Shown here: positions 59,180 through 64,000 of the stretch, one piece after another | Layout: each line of letters begins with the position of its first letter | How positions within the stretch are numbered: position 1 is the first letter of the stretch | From: Chiloscyllium plagiosum | Taxonomy: Eukaryota | NCBI RefSeq assembly: GCF_004010195.1 | Contig: NC_057752.1 | Span: forward strand, 10,728,865-10,792,864 | DNA length: 64,000 nt | Reading direction: 5' to 3' | The notes under the pieces: model-generated | Database searches by the model: none | What the model saw: only the letters and a program-made list of their open reading frames with translations | Told to the model about the DNA's origin: nothing | Translations under genes and position numbers: made by a program

Positions 59180-60770
59180 CAGTAATATGGTGCAGAAAAG
59201 GCCCTTTGGCCCATCAATTCCACACCAACATAACCACCACTAAAGGCACCCTAATCCCACTTTCCTGCACTTGCCCCATACTCTAACATGTTATGATATT
59301 TCAAGTGCTTATCCAAATATTTTTTAAAAGGTTGTAAGGTTTCCAGCCTCCACTACGTTCCCAGACAGTGCATTCTAGATTCCCACCATCTGCTGAGTGA
59401 AAGATTTTCTTCCCAAATCCCCTCGGAATCTCCTGCCCCTTACCCTCGAACTATGTCCCCTCGTGATTGACCCCTCAACCAAGGGCAACAGTGCTTAGAT
59501 TAGATTAGATTACATTACATTACAGTGTGGAAACAGGCCCTTCGGCCCAACAAGTCCACACCAACCCGCCGAAGCGCAACCCACCCATACCCCTACATTT
59601 ACCCATTAACTAACACTACGGGCAATTTAGCATGGCCGATTCACCTAACCTGCACATCTTTGGACTGTGGGAGGAAACCGGAGCACCCTGAGGAAACCCA
59701 CGCAGATACGGGGAGAACGTGCAAACTCCACACAGTCAGTCGCCTGAGGCGGGAATTGAACCCGGGTCTCTAGCGCTGTGAGGCAGCAGTGCTAACCACT
59801 GTGCCACCGTGCCGCCCACAGTGCTCTCTATTCACCCTGTTCTGATCCCTCATAATCTTATTCACCTCAATCACGTTCCCCCCCCCCTCAGTCTTATCTG
59901 CTCTGAAGAAAGCAATCCAAGCCTATCTCGTCTCGCCTTGTAGCTCAATTACTCCATCCCAGGCAACATCCTGGTGAACCTCCTGTGTACCCCCTCTCGT
60001 GCGATCCCATCCTTCCTGTAGTGAGGTGACCCGAACTGCGCACACGACTCCAGCTGGGGCCTGACCAACGCTCTGTACAACTCCAACATTACCTCCTTGC
60101 TCTTATACTCTATACCACCACTGATGGAAGCAAGTGGCCCATATGCCTTCTTAACTATCCGATGCTCTGCTGACCTTAGGGATCTGTGAGTAATTACCCC
60201 AAGATCCCTCTGTTGCTGTCAGCTACCCAGTATCTTGCCATTCATTAAAGACTCCCTCAAATTGTTTCTTCTTCCAAAGTACATCACCTCACTATTCTTG
60301 TGGTTAAATACTGTCTGCCACTAGTCTACCCATCTGACCAACCCATCTGTATCTTCCTGTAACCAATAACCATCTTCTTCACTATTAACCACTCGACCAA
60401 TCTTGGTGTCGTCTGTAAACTTGCTTAACATCTCCCACCGCCCCTACATTTTCATGGATACAATAAGGGTCCAAGTAATGATCCTCGTGGTACACCACTG
60501 GACACAGGCCTCCACTCAAACAGCTCTCTACCACTACCCTTTGTGTCCTATTGCTAAGCCAGTTTCTGATCCATCTTGTCAAGTGTCCCAGAATTCCATG
60601 CGCTTTAACCTTCTCAATCAGACTCCCACGTGGGACCTTGTCAAAAGCTTTGCTAAAATCCACATAAACTACATCAACTGAACTCCCCTAATCCACGTTT
60701 TACTGTTGAAAAATTCTAACATATTTGCATGGTATCACCTTCCTCTGACAAAGTCATGCTGACTATCCAT
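59180..60770 (-). mobile_element. 5'-truncated CR1 LINE
   Basis: MDFSKAFDKVP…WIRNWLSNRTQRVVV; 3' region split by a SINE. Confidence 0.85.
59496..59817 (-). mobile_element. Intact HE1/V-SINE
   Basis: GGGCGGCACGGTGGCACAGTGGTTAGC head, B box GGTTCAATTCC, V-domain, (TGTAA)n(TCTAA)n tail, 8-bp TSD acagtgct (59488-59495 / 59818-59825). Confidence 0.92.
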
Positions 60771-62344
60771 TGGACATATGGCATAGGGTATGGGACACAA
60801 CTGGCCAATTTTCCACATTGTCACGTAGATGCCAGTGTTGTAACTGTACTGGAACAGCTTGGCTGGGGGAGCGGCAAGTTCTGGAGCACAAGTCTTCAGT
60901 ACTATTGCTGGAATGTTGTCAGGGTCTGTAGCCTCACTATCCAGTGCCTCCAACTATTTCGCAGTATTCGAGTGAATCAAGTTGGTTGAAGACTGGTATC
61001 TGTGATGCTGTAGACCTTTGAAGGAGGCAAAGATGGATCACCTACTTGGCACTTCTGGCTTAAGATTACTGCAAGTGATTTAGCCTCATCTTTTGTGCTG
61101 ATTGTGTTGGGTGGGTTGCTCTACACAAGGTCAGTGCAGACTCAATGGGCCAAATGGCAGCCTCCTGCACTGAAAGGACTATGCAATGAATTCTACAGCA
61201 ATGAATTAGAAAGGTAAATGGCATGCTGGCCTTTATTGCAAGGGGACAAAATACAAGAATACAAAGTGTCTTGCTGCAATTGAATCAGGCTTTAGTGAGA
61301 CCATACCAGGAATACCTTGTACAGTTTTGGTCTCTATTTGTCTTGGAGGATTCTTGTGGTGCAGTGGTTATATAGCTACCCCTGGGCCAGATTGCCTGGA
61401 TTTACTTCCCACCTGATGCCGAAGCGTTTCTGAACAGATTGACTGAAAATATCTTGGCAGTACTACAGCAAAAGCTAATTAGATTAGTCCCTGGGATGAG
61501 TGTTTTGTCCTGTGAAGACATACTGCTACAACTGTGCCATCAAAAGAATGAGTTAATATACAAGATGCTGAGGGGGCTCGACAAGCGAGACAGAGGTTAC
61601 TTCCCCTGGCTGGGCTATCCAGATCATGCTGTCAAAGTCTCAGGATCAGGGCCCGATCATTTAGTTAAGGAGAATTTCTTTACATTAATGGTTGTGCATC
61701 TTGGGAATTCTCTACTGCAGAAGGCTGTGAATGCTCCACTGTTAAATAAATTTTAAGGCTGGGTTAGGCATAGCTTTTACTAACTCGGCGAATAAAGGGA
61801 TATGTGGAGTAGATGGGAAAGGGGAGTCAAACAGAAGATTAGTCATTGTTGTACTGAAGCTTTGGCATAAACTAGCAAAGAACCGTCACTTTGGGCAGAA
61901 TGGACTTCTTTTGTAGTGGAAACTTTCATTGGTGCATCAATTTAATTCTCAGCGCAGTGGCATTCTTCAATCATCCAGATTCGTAACAACACTCATTCAT
62001 ATGGAAGAGTTTACTGTTACATCCATCTTCCTGCTTCAAATTGATCACAACCTTTCCTTACTCTTCCTTAATTAGATTGTTCTATTTATTGTCTCATGTT
62101 TTGGGCTCATTTATATGATCTTGCCATTAAAAGTGAATTCTCCAACCACTTAAGTATGCAGGTATGGGCTCCAAGTGATCTGTGGCACTGGTCCCTTACA
62201 CTGTAGACTGCTGGTTGTGGCAGATTGTTGTGTCAGTTCATGTTTTTTTTAAACACTTGCTTTTCATCATATCTTCCACTTTTTCACCACTGTCCATTTG
62301 AAACTGGAACAAAAAGCAGAAAATTATTTAATAACAATGTCAGC

Positions 62345-62745
62345 ACGACTCAATCAGCAGCATTTTTGTCTCTGAGCCAGAAGGTTATGGTTTCACATCC
62401 CACTCCAGAGACTTAAGCATAAAAGTCAAGGCTGATATTCCAGTGCAGTAATGAGGGAGTGCTACACTGTTGGAGATGCTGCCAATTGGGTAAGCCCTAT
62501 TTTCCCTCTTAGATGTACATACAAGATCTCATTGCACCATTTCAAAGAAGAACAGGGATCTATCCCTAATATCCGAGCCAATATTTATCCCTCAGTCAAC
62601 ATCTCAAAAAAAAACAAGATTATCTGGTCTTTATTACATTGTTGTGGAAGCTCGATGTGCAGAGATTGGCAGCCGCTCTTCCTACACTGTAACACGACAA
62701 AATATATTTCATTAGCTTTAAAGCACTTTGGGATGTCCTGAGGTT
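62345..62745 (+). mobile_element. Deu-domain SINE (SacSINE1/AmnSINE1-like)
   Basis: Recalled Deu-type core: ccagtgcagtaatgagggagtgct…gccaatatttatccctca…gattatctggtc…ctttgggatgtcctgagg. Confidence 0.65.
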
Positions 62746-62939
62746 AGCAACGGCACAATGGGAGTGAAGGTCTTTATTCATAATATTAGTAAAGATGTAA
62801 ATGACAGGAAATTGAATTACTGAGTGCAATAGTTTGTGTAAACAAAAATCTGTACAATGTAACGAATCCAAGGTGTTTCATTAATTTTGTCATTTCAACT
62901 ATGCATTTTAATCAGCTTCCTGTGCTCATTAGTCTAAGT

Positions 62940-63990
62940 CCCAGAGGATTGGCAATCTCCCAATATGATACCTTTATTTAAAAGGGGAAAGAGACAAAAA
63001 AAAACATGTAACTACAGGCCAGTTAGCTTAACATGTGTTACTGGGAAATGTTAGAGTCTATTATAAAAGGATGAAACAGCAGACATTTAGAAATACATAA
63101 AATGATTAAGCATAAAAGGGAAACCACACCTGGTAATTTACTAGAATTTGTTGAGGAGGTAACAAGCAGCTTAGATAAAGAGGAACAGTGGATGTAATGT
63201 ATTTGGATATTTAAAAGGCATTTGATAAGATTCCACACATTAGGTTACTTATTAAGAGTTCATGGGGTTGGAGGCAGTATATGAGCACAGATAGAGGATT
63301 GGCTACTAACAGAAGACTAGGAAATTTGGATAAGGGGATGGCAACCGAAATTAGCGAGGTGCCACAGGGATCAATGCTGGGTTCATGATTATTTACAATA
63401 TATACTAATGACTTGAATGAGGAAAGCGAATGAATTATAACAATATTTGCAGATGACACAAATAGGTGGAAAGGCAAGGATGACTCAATGAATCTGCTGA
63501 GAGATAACAGATAGATGAAGCAAATGGGCAAAAACTTGACAAACAATGTAATCTGGGAAATTAAGAAGTTTGGCAGGAAGAACAGAGGACCTGATTATTA
63601 TTAAAAATGGAGAAAGATTGTAGAAAGGTACAGAACAGAGGGATTTGGAAGTCCTTGTGCGTGAGTCACAAAAAGCTAACATCCAAGTTCAGTAGGTAAA
63701 AAGGAAGGCAAATGTATTGTTGGCCTTCATTTCAAAGAACAAGGAGTATAAAAGTAGGGACAGTTTGTCAAAACTATGCAAAGCACTAGTCAGGCCACAG
63801 TTTGAATACTGAAAACAGTTTGGGCCCCTTATCTAAGGAAAAATATACACTGGAGACAGTTCACAGAAAGAACACTAAGCTGATACCAGGTACAGAGGGG
63901 CGGTCTTATGGAAGAGACGTTGAGCAGGTTGGGCATATACTTGTTGGAACATAGAAAAATTACAGGCAATCTTATTGAGATGCAAGGTTT
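62940..63990 (+). mobile_element. Decayed CR1 RT region
   Basis: NYRPVSLT, KAFDKIPH, VPQGSMLG and IFADDT motifs readable across frameshifts. Confidence 0.8.
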
Positions 63991-64000
63991 TTTTTTAAAA

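Noticed and set aside
52760..64000. R3HDM2 promoter or non-coding first exon
   Set aside because: No CpG island or recognisable exon; the region is mostly transposon-derived, so the promoter probably lies beyond the window.

Overview
Eukaryotic genomic DNA from a cartilaginous fish, probably a shark (inferred from HE1/V-SINEs and the repeat repertoire). The only host gene is the 5' part of R3HDM2 on the minus strand. Six coding exons (52639-52475, 50458-50417, 40458-40369, 37877-37745, 31112-31034, 6558-6499; 569 nt, all GT-AG, phases compatible) run from the start codon into the start of the R3H domain. The promoter and remaining exons lie outside the window. The introns are filled with nested, decayed transposons: CR1-type LINEs (two near-full-length copies), two Ty3/Gypsy elements (one Gmr1-type, integrase before RT), solo LTRs, SINEs and Penelope-like elements (PLEs). 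The most notable signal is a recurring set of minimal hammerhead-ribozyme motifs (CUGANGA...GAAA-palindrome-UH). They sit in several families of PLE-derived inserts, many of them fold-back hairpins with 10-15 bp target-site duplications (TSDs), including a 1.4-kb palindrome about 0.8 kb from an exon. Weaker gene-level candidates are a 21-nt microexon, an ARPP-21-like short isoform and an alternative first exon. Repeat boundaries without TSDs are approximate, and family and orthologue assignments come from recall, not database searches.
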